This document shows positions 9,419-18,835 of a DNA stretch of 64,000 nucleotides, one piece after another. The stretch is from Thermodesulfobacteriota bacterium (GTDB lineage Bacteria; Desulfobacterota; Desulfarculia; JACQYL01). Where the stretch lies: the NCBI GenBank assembly GCA_963675595.2, contig CAXXLZ010000002.1, forward strand, positions 3,968,001-4,032,000, in the 5' to 3' direction. Below the pieces are notes generated by a model. That model had not been told where the DNA came from and did not search any database. It saw nothing but the letters and a program-made list of their open reading frames with translations. How positions within the stretch are numbered: the first letter of the stretch is position 1; every line of letters starts with the position of its first letter. The translations under genes were made by a program, and so were the position numbers.

Positions 9419-10054
9419 ATGGGGAACAATCTTACTTGGTTCGACGGATTCGTGACGAGGGCGGATCGGGAGTGCCTTCGGGGGCATAAGGCATTTGTTC
9501 TTTGGTTCACCGGGCTTTCGGCGTCGGGAAAGTCCACCATCGCTCACCATACCGAGAAGCTGCTTCATCTGAAGGGCTTGGCCACCTATGTGTTCGACGG
9601 GGACAACGTGCGGCACGGCCTTTGCTCGGATCTGGGATTCAGCGACGCAGACCGGAAAGAGAACATCCGCAGGATCGGAGAAATGATCAAGCTGTTTGTG
9701 GATGCTAATGTGATTACGTTGACCTCTTTCATTTCGCCGTTCAAGGAGGATCGGGATCGCATCCGCGCTCTGTTTCCCGAGGGAGAGTTCTTGGAGGTGT
9801 ATGTGAGTTGCCCGGTCGATGTCTGTGCGGCCAGGGACAAGAAGGGACTCTACGCCAAAGCACGGGCCGGCCTGATTGAGAATTTCACCGGGATTTCATC
9901 GCCGTATGAGCCGCCGGAGAACGCGGAAATCGTGGTGCACTCCAATTTGGACGGCCCCATGGATGCGGCGAAGAAGATCATGGCCTACTTGGAGGCATCC
10001 GGGCGTTTGAGCGCGTTGGCCGGTGAAATGCTGCGGGAAATGCCGGGGCGCTGA
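9419..10054 (+). CDS. cysC: Adenylyl-sulfate (APS) kinase
   Basis: LWFTGLSASGKSTIA, FDGDNVRHGLCSDLGFS, ENIRRIGE, FISPF, KGLYAKARAG, NFTGISSPYEPP. Confidence 0.96.
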   Translation: MGNNLTWFDGFVTRADRECLRGHKAFVLWFTGLSASGKSTIAHHTEKLLHLKGLATYVFDGDNVRHGLCSDLGFSDADRKENIRRIGEMIKLFVDANVITLTSFISPFKEDRDRIRALFPEGEFLEVYVSCPVDVCAARDKKGLYAKARAGLIENFTGISSPYEPPENAEIVVHSNLDGPMDAAKKIMAYLEASGRLSALAGEMLREMPGR

Positions 10055-10206
10055 TGCCTGAACGGGCCGGCGGGATTCGCCCCTTTTCCTCCGAAGCCTG
10101 ACCCCGCGTCTGTTCTCTTGTGCTCGATTTTGCGCTTCGAAGTACGGTATCGTTTTCGGGGTCGGCCGCAGGGGGCTGCCGTGAGGATGGTTAGGTTTGT
10201 TTGTGA

Positions 10207-10222
10207 TGGCATGATTCCTGCT
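10207..10222 (+). promoter_or_regulatory. Sigma54 (-24/-12) promoter at the head of the EPS/exosortase locus
   Basis: TGGCATGATTCCTGCT: GG and GC at the exact spacing of consensus TGGCACGNNNNTTGCW, in a 460-bp intergenic region. Confidence 0.7.
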
Positions 10223-10515
10223 TAAAACAAAGTGGGGTGAGTGTCCCTCCTGGCCGGCCGTTTCAAAGTGGGGCGGTTCCGAACTCCGGCAACACGGCTT
10301 TGGTGGATTGTTACCCTAAGGGGTACCGGGTTTATCCGGCAGGTGCGGAATGTATTGGTTCGATCGGAAGGCTCGGCTCGTTGCGTGAGCGAAGCTCGGC
10401 CGACGGTCTTTGCGATGACGACGGCTGTTTGACCGTCGGCCGTTCGAAAGATCGCTCAAGGCTCCGGGCGCGGGTAATTCTCCGAGGTTGCCGATCGTAG
10501 GTAGGAAGGTGGCGT

Positions 10516-13026
10516 ATGGGTTTACGAGCATTTAAGATGTATGGTTTGGGTTTCGTTCTATGGTTGCTTTTTACGGCTACCGCATCCTGGGCGATTCCAC
10601 CGTTGGCTCCTTATGTCTACCAGGAAGACTTCGAGACATCGGATCCGTTCGAATATTGGGTTTCCAATGGAAGTTATACGGTGAACTCGAAGGGGATCAC
10701 TTCTGAAAAGTCCTCGGTTGGAGCCAAATCATTCAAGCTCGATATTTCGCTGGATTCCGCGACGTACGTCTATTTCATGATTCCGGTGGATATCCCGAGC
10801 GTGGGAACGTTGAGCTTTAAGGGCGACATCTATATCCAAAGCATAACAGGCGGGCTTTCGGCCTCACTGGGAACCAATGCGACGCATCATCCGTATTCGA
10901 ACAGCTGGGTGAACGTGATCCAGAAACTCGGAACCGCCGGCGGTAGTTGGACCACGCAGTCAAGCAACCTGGCAGCGGAGTACGAAACTAGAGCGACCAG
11001 CGTGGTCGCGAGCAAACTGGGCGGAGCCACCATCGACGACGTTGGGAGATGGACGAACAAGATCGTGTTATACTTGTATGCCTCGTCTCCGGGAAGAATC
11101 GTATTGTATATAGACAATGTCGTGGTCGAAGGACAAATACCGTCGGCATCCGAATACGAGACCTTCACCCAGTCCGCATGGCAGAGCTATCTCACTCGAA
11201 TTCAGAGTGAAGTGAATACCATGGCGGACGTCGTTACCTCCTTCGACCGGCAATTGGAGGATTCCGAGGAGTCGGCATACCTTCAGACCGCGCAAGCGAG
11301 GACGGTCGAAATCAAGAATTCGGTGGCGTCACGAGGGTATGCCACCCCGGCGGAATATACCGAGCTAAAAGAATACTACGCCACGGTCCCGGGTTTGGGA
11401 CAAGTAAGCGCGACGGAATCCGCTATGGCCGTCTATCCTTGGCCGGCGATTACCGACGCGATGGTGCTTCCCGACTCGTATCCCATTCCCGCAAGTGTGG
11501 GGGACAACCTTTCGCTAAAGGCCTGCAGGGGCGAATACGAACCGGTCAGTTTCATACTTCGGGCATTGCGGCCTCTGTCCAACGTGCGGATTGCCTGGAC
11601 GGATTTGGTCGGTTCCGGCGGAGGCACCATACCGGCGTCTGAAGTGGACATACGACTCGTCAAGTGTTGGTACCAATCGGGTAGGGATTCGATCCTCCCG
11701 GGGGCGAAGGTGCTGGTGCCCGAGCTGCTGCTGAAGGACGACGACTTGGTGCGTGTGGACACGGTTGCGCAAACCAACGCCTTGAGGGTTACCGTGGGCG
11801 GGCAACAGCAATATGTTGACATCACTTCCGCGACTTCGGTGATACCCGACGGTGCGGTTCTGAGCGACGCGTCGTCGCTGCAGCCCTTCAACCTCGATGA
11901 AGACAGGAACAAACAAGTCTGGATCACCGTGCATGTTCCGGAAACCGCGGCTGCGGGATCCTATCAGGGAACCGTGGAGGTGTCGCCGGAAAACGAAAGC
12001 ACCCGGGTTTTGACCTTGTCGGTGGAAGTGCTTTCTTTTGAACTGAAGCCTTCGATCCTTGAATACGGCCTGTATTACCGCGGCAAACTCGATAGCAATC
12101 CCGGGTCGGCGCTGACTTCCGAGAAGAAGTCGAGCACATTGTATCGCAAGGAAATCGAGGACATGAAGCGGCACGGGGTGCTGTATCCCACTCTGTACAA
12201 CCACAACACCATGATGGACCAGGTGTTGTCCATACGCAATGAAGTGGGCCTACCCCAAGACAAGTACTACAGTTGCGGGCTTTCCACCGGGAATCCCACG
12301 GACGCGGATGGGCTTGCCGCTCTCAAGCTGAAGGTGACGGAACAAATCGCGCTGGCGCGGCAATACGGCTACGATGAGGTGTATGCCTATGGCAAGGATG
12401 AAGCGGTGGGAGATGCCTTGTTGTCTCAGCGGGCTGCGTGGCAGGCCGTGCACGAAGCGGGCGGCAAAGTGTTCGTCGCTTGTGACGAGGGGGCCGCGGA
12501 CCTCATGGGAGACCTTCTGGACACGGCGGTCCTTCATGGGTATAAACCGGACGAGGTTGCGAAGTGGCACCAATACGGCAAACGGGTTCTAAAGTACCAT
12601 AGCCCTCAAGTGGGCGAGGAAAACCCCCTCAGCTACAGGCAGGAGTACGGTTTGAAGCTTTGGTGCGGCGGCTATGACGGCGCCATGAATTATGCGTATC
12701 AACACGGATTCGGACATGTGTGGAACGACTTCGACAGTGATCGTTACCGTGACCACGTGTTTGCCTACCCCACTTCCGATGGTGTGATCGATACGGTCGA
12801 GTGGGAAGGATTTCGTGAGGCCGTAGACGATACTCGATATCTTTCCACGTGGCTCTCCCGTGTCTCCGATACCGCATCCGTAAAGGACTGGGTGTGCACG
12901 CAGGTTTCCCATGGAAGCGATCTTTCCGAAGTACGGGCCTCGATGATAGAGACGATTTTGGGGCTGCCGTCCGTGAGTGTCCCTGTAATGTCTCCGCCGG
13001 CCAACCTTCAAGTGCTGGAACGGTAG
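10516..13026 (+). CDS. Secreted glycoside hydrolase-like protein (GH123/DUF4091-like) with N-terminal beta-sandwich domain
   Basis: Signal peptide ending ASWA; CRGEYEPVSF, QVWITVHVPETAAAGSYQGTV, YGKDEA (adjacent DE pair), DHVFAYP...WEGFREAVDDTRYL. Confidence 0.75.
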   Translation: MGLRAFKMYGLGFVLWLLFTATASWAIPPLAPYVYQEDFETSDPFEYWVSNGSYTVNSKGITSEKSSVGAKSFKLDISLDSATYVYFMIPVDIPSVGTLSFKGDIYIQSITGGLSASLGTNATHHPYSNSWVNVIQKLGTAGGSWTTQSSNLAAEYETRATSVVASKLGGATIDDVGRWTNKIVLYLYASSPGRIVLYIDNVVVEGQIPSASEYETFTQSAWQSYLTRIQSEVNTMADVVTSFDRQLEDSEESAYLQTAQARTVEIKNSVASRGYATPAEYTELKEYYATVPGLGQVSATESAMAVYPWPAITDAMVLPDSYPIPASVGDNLSLKACRGEYEPVSFILRALRPLSNVRIAWTDLVGSGGGTIPASEVDIRLVKCWYQSGRDSILPGAKVLVPELLLKDDDLVRVDTVAQTNALRVTVGGQQQYVDITSATSVIPDGAVLSDASSLQPFNLDEDRNKQVWITVHVPETAAAGSYQGTVEVSPENESTRVLTLSVEVLSFELKPSILEYGLYYRGKLDSNPGSALTSEKKSSTLYRKEIEDMKRHGVLYPTLYNHNTMMDQVLSIRNEVGLPQDKYYSCGLSTGNPTDADGLAALKLKVTEQIALARQYGYDEVYAYGKDEAVGDALLSQRAAWQAVHEAGGKVFVACDEGAADLMGDLLDTAVLHGYKPDEVAKWHQYGKRVLKYHSPQVGEENPLSYRQEYGLKLWCGGYDGAMNYAYQHGFGHVWNDFDSDRYRDHVFAYPTSDGVIDTVEWEGFREAVDDTRYLSTWLSRVSDTASVKDWVCTQVSHGSDLSEVRASMIETILGLPSVSVPVMSPPANLQVLER

Positions 13027-13246
13027 GATATCGTTTCGGCGACCCGGCCGATTGAAGTGGGGTCAAGCGCGAACTCCGGGGGAGGGACCTTCCCTCCTCC
13101 GCAGAGGGTACGCCGGGTTTGGTGATCGGCGATCTCCCTGGTTCCAGTCGCTAAGTAATTCTCGGGACCGGAGTCGTTTTGGTCCCCGCACGGAGCGGTC
13201 CGAGCCGCCATTCAGGATCGGGTGAGCCGAAACACAAAGATGGCGA

Positions 13247-14608
13247 ATGCCGAAAAATCTATATCAACTCGTTATTGGCTCCAGTGAGCTTAGAAAAGAG
13301 CTTTCTCGTGGAGCGATAACGAGCCTCGGGCTCAGGTTCGCCAGCGGGCTCCTGAATTTCGTTGTTTCCATTATTCTTGCGCGAACCCTTCTTCCCGAAG
13401 GTTACGGAGTCTACGCTTTTACCCTTTCCACCATCGCCTTCCTGGCCGTACCCGTGCAAATGGGTATTCCTACCTTGGTGACCCGTGAAGTCGCGCGGTA
13501 TCATCTGATGCATCAGTGGGGGCTCTTGCGCGGGCTTCTTTTGCGGTCCTATCAGGTGGTCGTAATTCTTTCCCTCGCCACCGCACTAGTAGCCGGGGTC
13601 GTGGTGTGGTGGTTGGCGGAAAGCGGAACCACCGAATTCGATCCGTCCGCATTCCTGTGGGCCCTTCCTCTGCTTTTCCTGAACCCCGCCAATCGTCTTC
13701 AAGAAGCGACCCTCATGGCGTTGCGGCGGGTGGCGCAGGCCATGACTCCAAGCATGGCCGTCAGACCCGTGGTCTTTCTGGGCCTTTTGGGAATCGCCGT
13801 TATGGTCGGAGGATTGATGCCGAGCCACGCCATAGCCCTCTACTGCGCTTCGGGTGGAGTGGCTTTCATCGTGGGGCGGTTTTTCTTGGTTCAAGGCCTT
13901 CCCGAAGAGGTCCGAGCCGCTTCTTCGAGCTATGAAACCAAAGCGTGGGCGAGAAGCATCCTGCCCTTATCCATGATCACCGGCCTGGGAGTGATTAATG
14001 GACAAACCGATCTGTTCATGCTGGGCACGCTTTCCTCTCAGGAAGAAGTCGGCCTCTACAGAGTGGCCTTTTCTTGCGCCACATTGGTTATTTATGTCTT
14101 GGGAGCGGTGAACTCCGTGCTGGCGCCGCACATCTCTCGGCTTCACCGTTCGGGAGATTTCGCCCGGCTTCAGAAGATGGTTACGAGAAGTGCACAAATC
14201 GTTCTCGCTGCGGCGATTCCCGTGGCCGGAGGCTTCATTCTCTTCGGCAAACCTTTTCTGGAACTGGTTTACGGAGCGGCCTATCGTGGAAGCTACGGAC
14301 CTTTGGCCGTATTGTGCATCGCGCAGCTGGTGAATGCCGCTGTTGGGGCGACACACGACATCCTGAACATGACGGGGAAGGAGAAGGAGACGCTGAAAGG
14401 AGTGGCTCTCGCCGCAATACTCAATGTAGTCTTGAACGCCCTCCTGATTCCCCCTTACGGCTCTCAGGGGGCGGCGTACGCCACGGGAGTGAGCATTGCC
14501 GTCGTGAATGTATTCCTCTGGCACAAGGTACTGACCCGAGTCGGCCTGGAGAGCAGCGCTTTGGCGGTTCGCGGTCTTTTCGGATGGAAGGGGCGAGGGA
14601 AGGATTAG
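13247..14608 (+). CDS. wzx: Wzx-type polysaccharide flippase (MOP family)
   Basis: ILARTLLPEGYGVY, TDLFMLG...EVGLYRVA, LNVVLNALLIPPYGSQGAAYAT; many TM helices. Confidence 0.92.
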   Translation: MPKNLYQLVIGSSELRKELSRGAITSLGLRFASGLLNFVVSIILARTLLPEGYGVYAFTLSTIAFLAVPVQMGIPTLVTREVARYHLMHQWGLLRGLLLRSYQVVVILSLATALVAGVVVWWLAESGTTEFDPSAFLWALPLLFLNPANRLQEATLMALRRVAQAMTPSMAVRPVVFLGLLGIAVMVGGLMPSHAIALYCASGGVAFIVGRFFLVQGLPEEVRAASSSYETKAWARSILPLSMITGLGVINGQTDLFMLGTLSSQEEVGLYRVAFSCATLVIYVLGAVNSVLAPHISRLHRSGDFARLQKMVTRSAQIVLAAAIPVAGGFILFGKPFLELVYGAAYRGSYGPLAVLCIAQLVNAAVGATHDILNMTGKEKETLKGVALAAILNVVLNALLIPPYGSQGAAYATGVSIAVVNVFLWHKVLTRVGLESSALAVRGLFGWKGRGKD

Positions 14609-14862
14609 ATGGTGGTTTGTCCTCTTTCCGTACCGTATTCCAGGCTGTTGGAGATTTGATTGACAAGTTCTTGGAGGGGCAAGTACCGTTGTTGGGTCGA
14701 CGGGTCGGACGATCGAGCCTTTCGACAATGATTCGGCAGGCTGTGCCGCGTTTTCCTCGAACGGGAAGGTGATCTGTTGATTCCGCTGTTGACATGGATG
14801 TTCGGTATGCTCCTCGCGGAAGCCTGTGGAGGAGTGCCCCGCCTGCAAAGTGAGGCCTCTCA

Positions 14863-15987
14863 ATGAGAACGGCCTTTCTTCTTCCAAACCTTGCGGGGGG
14901 AGGCGCGGAACGTGTCCTGTTGACCGTGGCGGATTTTTTGAGCGGTGAGGGGCACAGGGTTGATTTGGTGCTCATGGCGGTCCGAGGGGAATACCTGAAG
15001 GACGTGCCGGGGTCGGTAAATATTGTGAACCTCGGTTGCCCTCGTCTGTGGACCAGTCTGCCCGCCTTTGCCGGATATCTGAGAAGAAACCGTCCGGACA
15101 GCGTGCTGTCCGCCATGCCTCTCGCCAACGGTATCGCCGCGTGGGCGCGGGTAGTCTCACGAGTGGATACGCGTCTGATTCTTTCCGAACGGAATATTCG
15201 CAGCTTGACATTCGGCGACGGGGCTACGCCAAAGCGCTACGCGGCACTCCAATACCCCATCCGCTGGTCGTACCATTGGGCGGACGACGTGATAGCGGTT
15301 TCCGGAGGTGTTGCGGAGCGGGTCCGCAAACTCCCGCGAATGAGACCCGAGCGCGTCCATGTGGTCCATAACCCCGTGGATGGACGGAAGATCGAGAATC
15401 GAGCTTCGGAATCCGCCAACCATCCCTGGTTCGAAGACCGTTCCGTACCCGTGGTCTTGGGCGTGGGCCGTTTGGTCGCCCAGAAGGATTTCGGCACCTT
15501 GATTCGTGCTTTCCGGTTGGTGCGCAAACGCAGAGAGGCCAAGCTGATTATTTTGGGGGAGGGAAAGGAAAGAGATGCGCTGGAGCGCCTAACGACCGAA
15601 TTCGGTTTGCGGGATTCCGTGGATTTGCCGGGCTTCGTGGCCAATCCGTGGGCCTATATGGCGCGATCGAAGGTCTTCGTCCTTTCCTCCATCCACGAGG
15701 GATTCGGAAACGTCCTCGTGGAGGCCATGGCTTGCGGGACTCCCGTAGTGAGCACCGACTGTCCTTTCGGGCCGGCGGACATTTTGGATCATGGTGCATA
15801 CGGGCCTCTGATTCCCGTGAGTGACGCTTCGGCTCTTGCAATCGGCATTGTTCGAATGCTGGATGAACCCACACCATCGGAACTGCTTAAATCCCGCGCG
15901 AAAGAATTCGGAGTGGAGAAGGCGTGCCGGAGGTATCTGGATTTGTTGGATCCGCTTCGGAGCAAGCCGGATGCCCAAGCATCTTAA
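14863..15987 (+). CDS. Glycosyltransferase family 4
   Basis: LPNLAGGGAERV, VGRLVAQKDF, FVLSSIHEGFGNVLVEAMACGTPVVSTDCPFGP. Confidence 0.95.
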   Translation: MRTAFLLPNLAGGGAERVLLTVADFLSGEGHRVDLVLMAVRGEYLKDVPGSVNIVNLGCPRLWTSLPAFAGYLRRNRPDSVLSAMPLANGIAAWARVVSRVDTRLILSERNIRSLTFGDGATPKRYAALQYPIRWSYHWADDVIAVSGGVAERVRKLPRMRPERVHVVHNPVDGRKIENRASESANHPWFEDRSVPVVLGVGRLVAQKDFGTLIRAFRLVRKRREAKLIILGEGKERDALERLTTEFGLRDSVDLPGFVANPWAYMARSKVFVLSSIHEGFGNVLVEAMACGTPVVSTDCPFGPADILDHGAYGPLIPVSDASALAIGIVRMLDEPTPSELLKSRAKEFGVEKACRRYLDLLDPLRSKPDAQAS

Positions 15988-16200
15988 GCCGGATGAAAGA
16001 ATGTTGTTTTCCCGGGCGAGCCGCCGGCGGGTTTGTCCTCATGTCCCACTCCAAAGGGGCTTCGGTATCGTGCGCAGCCTTCACGCCTCCGTCGGACCTC
16101 CGGATAGGGCGGATGGGACCGTCGAGGGAAGACTGTCGCTGCGGCCGAGCTTCGATGGATTCCCCAGGAAGTTCGACGATTTCATGTGAGCGAGTGAAAG

Positions 16201-17181
16201 ATGGCAAGTCCCGATCAATCCGGAATGTTGAGTAACCTTACGGTGGTGGTGCTGTCCTATAATCGACTGGCCGAAATTCAACGCAACATTCCTTTCTTGT
16301 GCTCATTGGCCGAAGAGCACGGATTCAAACTCATCGTGGTGGATAACGCTTCCGACGACGGGAGCAGGGAGTTCCTCGTCTCCGCCGCAGCCCATCCGTT
16401 CGTGCGTCTGGTTCTCAATGACGCGAATTTAGGTGTTGGGGAAGGACGGAACACGGGTCGCCGTCATGCGCGTACGGAATACGTTCTGCACCTGGATGAC
16501 GATACAAGAATCGAACTGGAGGATATGCGGAGAATGTGCGCCGTCATGGATGCACAACCGGCCGTGGGCGTGCTTTCACCAAGAATCATCCATGCGACGA
16601 CGGGGATTCCTCAAAATGATCACGGTAGTGTTGCCTGCGAGGTGGGGAATTACCACGGGGCCTGCCATCTGGTTCGAGGCGAGGCCTTGCGGCGAGTAGG
16701 CGACATTGACCCCAAATGTGTATTCGGCGGGGAAGAAATCGACTATTCCATCCGGATGCGGGCCTTGGGTTACGAGGTATGGTATACTCCGACAGTCGTG
16801 GTGCGGCACAACAACTTGTTGAGGAAGGAAAGAGATGGACGATGGCGAAGGTCCATGCGCGTGTATAATTTCACCAGAATTCATTTCAAGCATTTCCCGA
16901 AGCATGTCGCGCTCGTGTTTTCTTTCCGCTATTGTCTTTCCCACATAGTATCCGGAATTCGAGCGCACGGCCCGATTTTCGGTCTTTTGTTGCCGGCTCA
17001 TGCCTGCAGGGGAGCCAAAGACGGCATTAGAAGTCATCACGACATACCCGATGAAGTGTTGCGCTTCTACTGCAACCCGACAGTGGAACCGGATTTCGGC
17101 AATGTACCGATACTTAGAAAAGTCGTCGGTAGACTGCGGAAGGCTTTCCGTAGAGATAAAAGCGAAATTCGATCTCACTAG
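16201..17181 (+). CDS. Glycosyltransferase family 2
   Basis: VVVLSYNR, IVVDNASDDGS, NLGVGEGRN, LHLDDD, GEEIDYSIR. Confidence 0.92.
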   Translation: MASPDQSGMLSNLTVVVLSYNRLAEIQRNIPFLCSLAEEHGFKLIVVDNASDDGSREFLVSAAAHPFVRLVLNDANLGVGEGRNTGRRHARTEYVLHLDDDTRIELEDMRRMCAVMDAQPAVGVLSPRIIHATTGIPQNDHGSVACEVGNYHGACHLVRGEALRRVGDIDPKCVFGGEEIDYSIRMRALGYEVWYTPTVVVRHNNLLRKERDGRWRRSMRVYNFTRIHFKHFPKHVALVFSFRYCLSHIVSGIRAHGPIFGLLLPAHACRGAKDGIRSHHDIPDEVLRFYCNPTVEPDFGNVPILRKVVGRLRKAFRRDKSEIRSH

Positions 17182-17380
17182 ATTTCTATTCCTCCATCCA
17201 TATCTCATTTTTGATGACACCGGATACTGAAATTGCCTGCAGACGTAGTGGTGAAGAATCATTTGACGATTACAGTCCGGACCCGTTCGAGGTTGGTTAT
17301 TCTCTGTGCATAAGAAATGCCGACTTCCAGTGTAAGGGCTAGGAAAGATACGTAATCTCCTATCTTAGAGTTGTCATGCC

Positions 17381-18706
17381 ATGGGCGAAAGTGACCGCAA
17401 GATAGAGCGGCATAAACTTGGATTGTCCGGGATTCTGTTGGGGCTTTACTTGGGTACGGCACCCGTCTATTGGTTCTGGAATATTCCTGTAAGCATAATA
17501 ACATATGGTAAATATGCGCTTGCCATAGTGACGGTATTACTCGTTTGGATGACGGCAGTCGGGAAACGAGCCACAATGCTGCCCTCCGGTCTGCTGGGAC
17601 CCATTGGGTTTCTTCTATTGATCATGTCCATGATGTTTGGATTATATCAATCGGAAGTGAAGGAGATCGTATCTCGTATTATCGATTTGGTTCATTCTTT
17701 TGTATTCTTATGGACCATATATATTTACGTTATGAACGATGGAGATATTGAAAAGGTTTTCTGGATAGGTTCCACTCTTATTTTAGGATTCTGTCTGCTG
17801 GTGTTGTCGGCAGGTGTGATCGGCTTTCCTGATTGGCCGTCTCCTTTCCTGGGAAGACCTTTTACTCTCGCCGATACGGGTTTTGGCGGCATGCGAACCG
17901 GATGGTCCATTGGAATTGCTCTATTGCTTCCCACCGCACTGATGTTGGCCGATTACCTCGGGAGAAACATGGTCTTGCTACGGGCGGCCTATCTGGGGGT
18001 GGTCTGCTTGTTGCTTATCGGGTCTCAAGTCGTCGTAGGAGGGAGGACGGGGCTCGTAGCCTCGTTTGTCGGTATCGCTTGTTGGATGCTCTACGGTAGA
18101 AAGGCGGTCTGGTTGCTGGTTATTCCAATCGCCGGTGTGGTATTTATGAGTTTGGATATGGATTGGCTGTTGCATCATCTTCGTATCGATCGTCTCCAAA
18201 GCGGTGTGACCATGAAGACGGTGGATCATTTCAGCGCCTCACGCATTGAGGGTTACGAAACGGCCCTGAAATTGATTGTAAGAGAGCCTATATTGGGACA
18301 CGGATTCGGCTCATTCCACCTTAGTGGCTGGTCTTATATAAGGGGAGATTCAATCCACAATTTATGGCTCAGACTGGGAGTCCAGGCAGGCTTGCTTTGT
18401 CCGATCGTCTTTGCCGTCATTGTGGGCGCCGTTGGGAGAAAAGTTTTGATGGTTCGTAAGATGGCCGTGTCTCTAAAAATGAATTCCATCGGATCGATGC
18501 AACACAATTTGACCACGGCTTTTCTAGGGGTCTATTTGGCGGGGCTGGTGGCCACATTGGCGGAACCGAGCGTTCTGCTTGGAACATTTCAGAACTCGGC
18601 ACCTTGGTGGATGATCGCAGGATCGGCCGTCGCCATGTCTGAAAGGCTTTCCGGAGCCGGGAAGCGAACGGAGGCTCCGGGGGCCGGAGGGACGCTCAAC
18701 CCTTGA
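17381..18706 (+). CDS. wzy: Wzy polymerase / O-antigen ligase family membrane protein
   Basis: About 11 TM helices, GGRTG, SASRIEGY, PILGHGFG, SIHNLWLRLGVQAG; located in a Wzx/PCP locus. Confidence 0.82.
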   Translation: MGESDRKIERHKLGLSGILLGLYLGTAPVYWFWNIPVSIITYGKYALAIVTVLLVWMTAVGKRATMLPSGLLGPIGFLLLIMSMMFGLYQSEVKEIVSRIIDLVHSFVFLWTIYIYVMNDGDIEKVFWIGSTLILGFCLLVLSAGVIGFPDWPSPFLGRPFTLADTGFGGMRTGWSIGIALLLPTALMLADYLGRNMVLLRAAYLGVVCLLLIGSQVVVGGRTGLVASFVGIACWMLYGRKAVWLLVIPIAGVVFMSLDMDWLLHHLRIDRLQSGVTMKTVDHFSASRIEGYETALKLIVREPILGHGFGSFHLSGWSYIRGDSIHNLWLRLGVQAGLLCPIVFAVIVGAVGRKVLMVRKMAVSLKMNSIGSMQHNLTTAFLGVYLAGLVATLAEPSVLLGTFQNSAPWWMIAGSAVAMSERLSGAGKRTEAPGAGGTLNP

Positions 18707-18835
18707 GAATATCCGGGAGAACTTTTCGCCGGCTCGCTCTTCCGGCTCGCCGCAACAGAGGTTGGTGTCTCCGGTACCAGGGAATACGATGCCTCGCACT
18801 GGAATCGCACCTCTTATCATAGCTGCCGTAACGTC

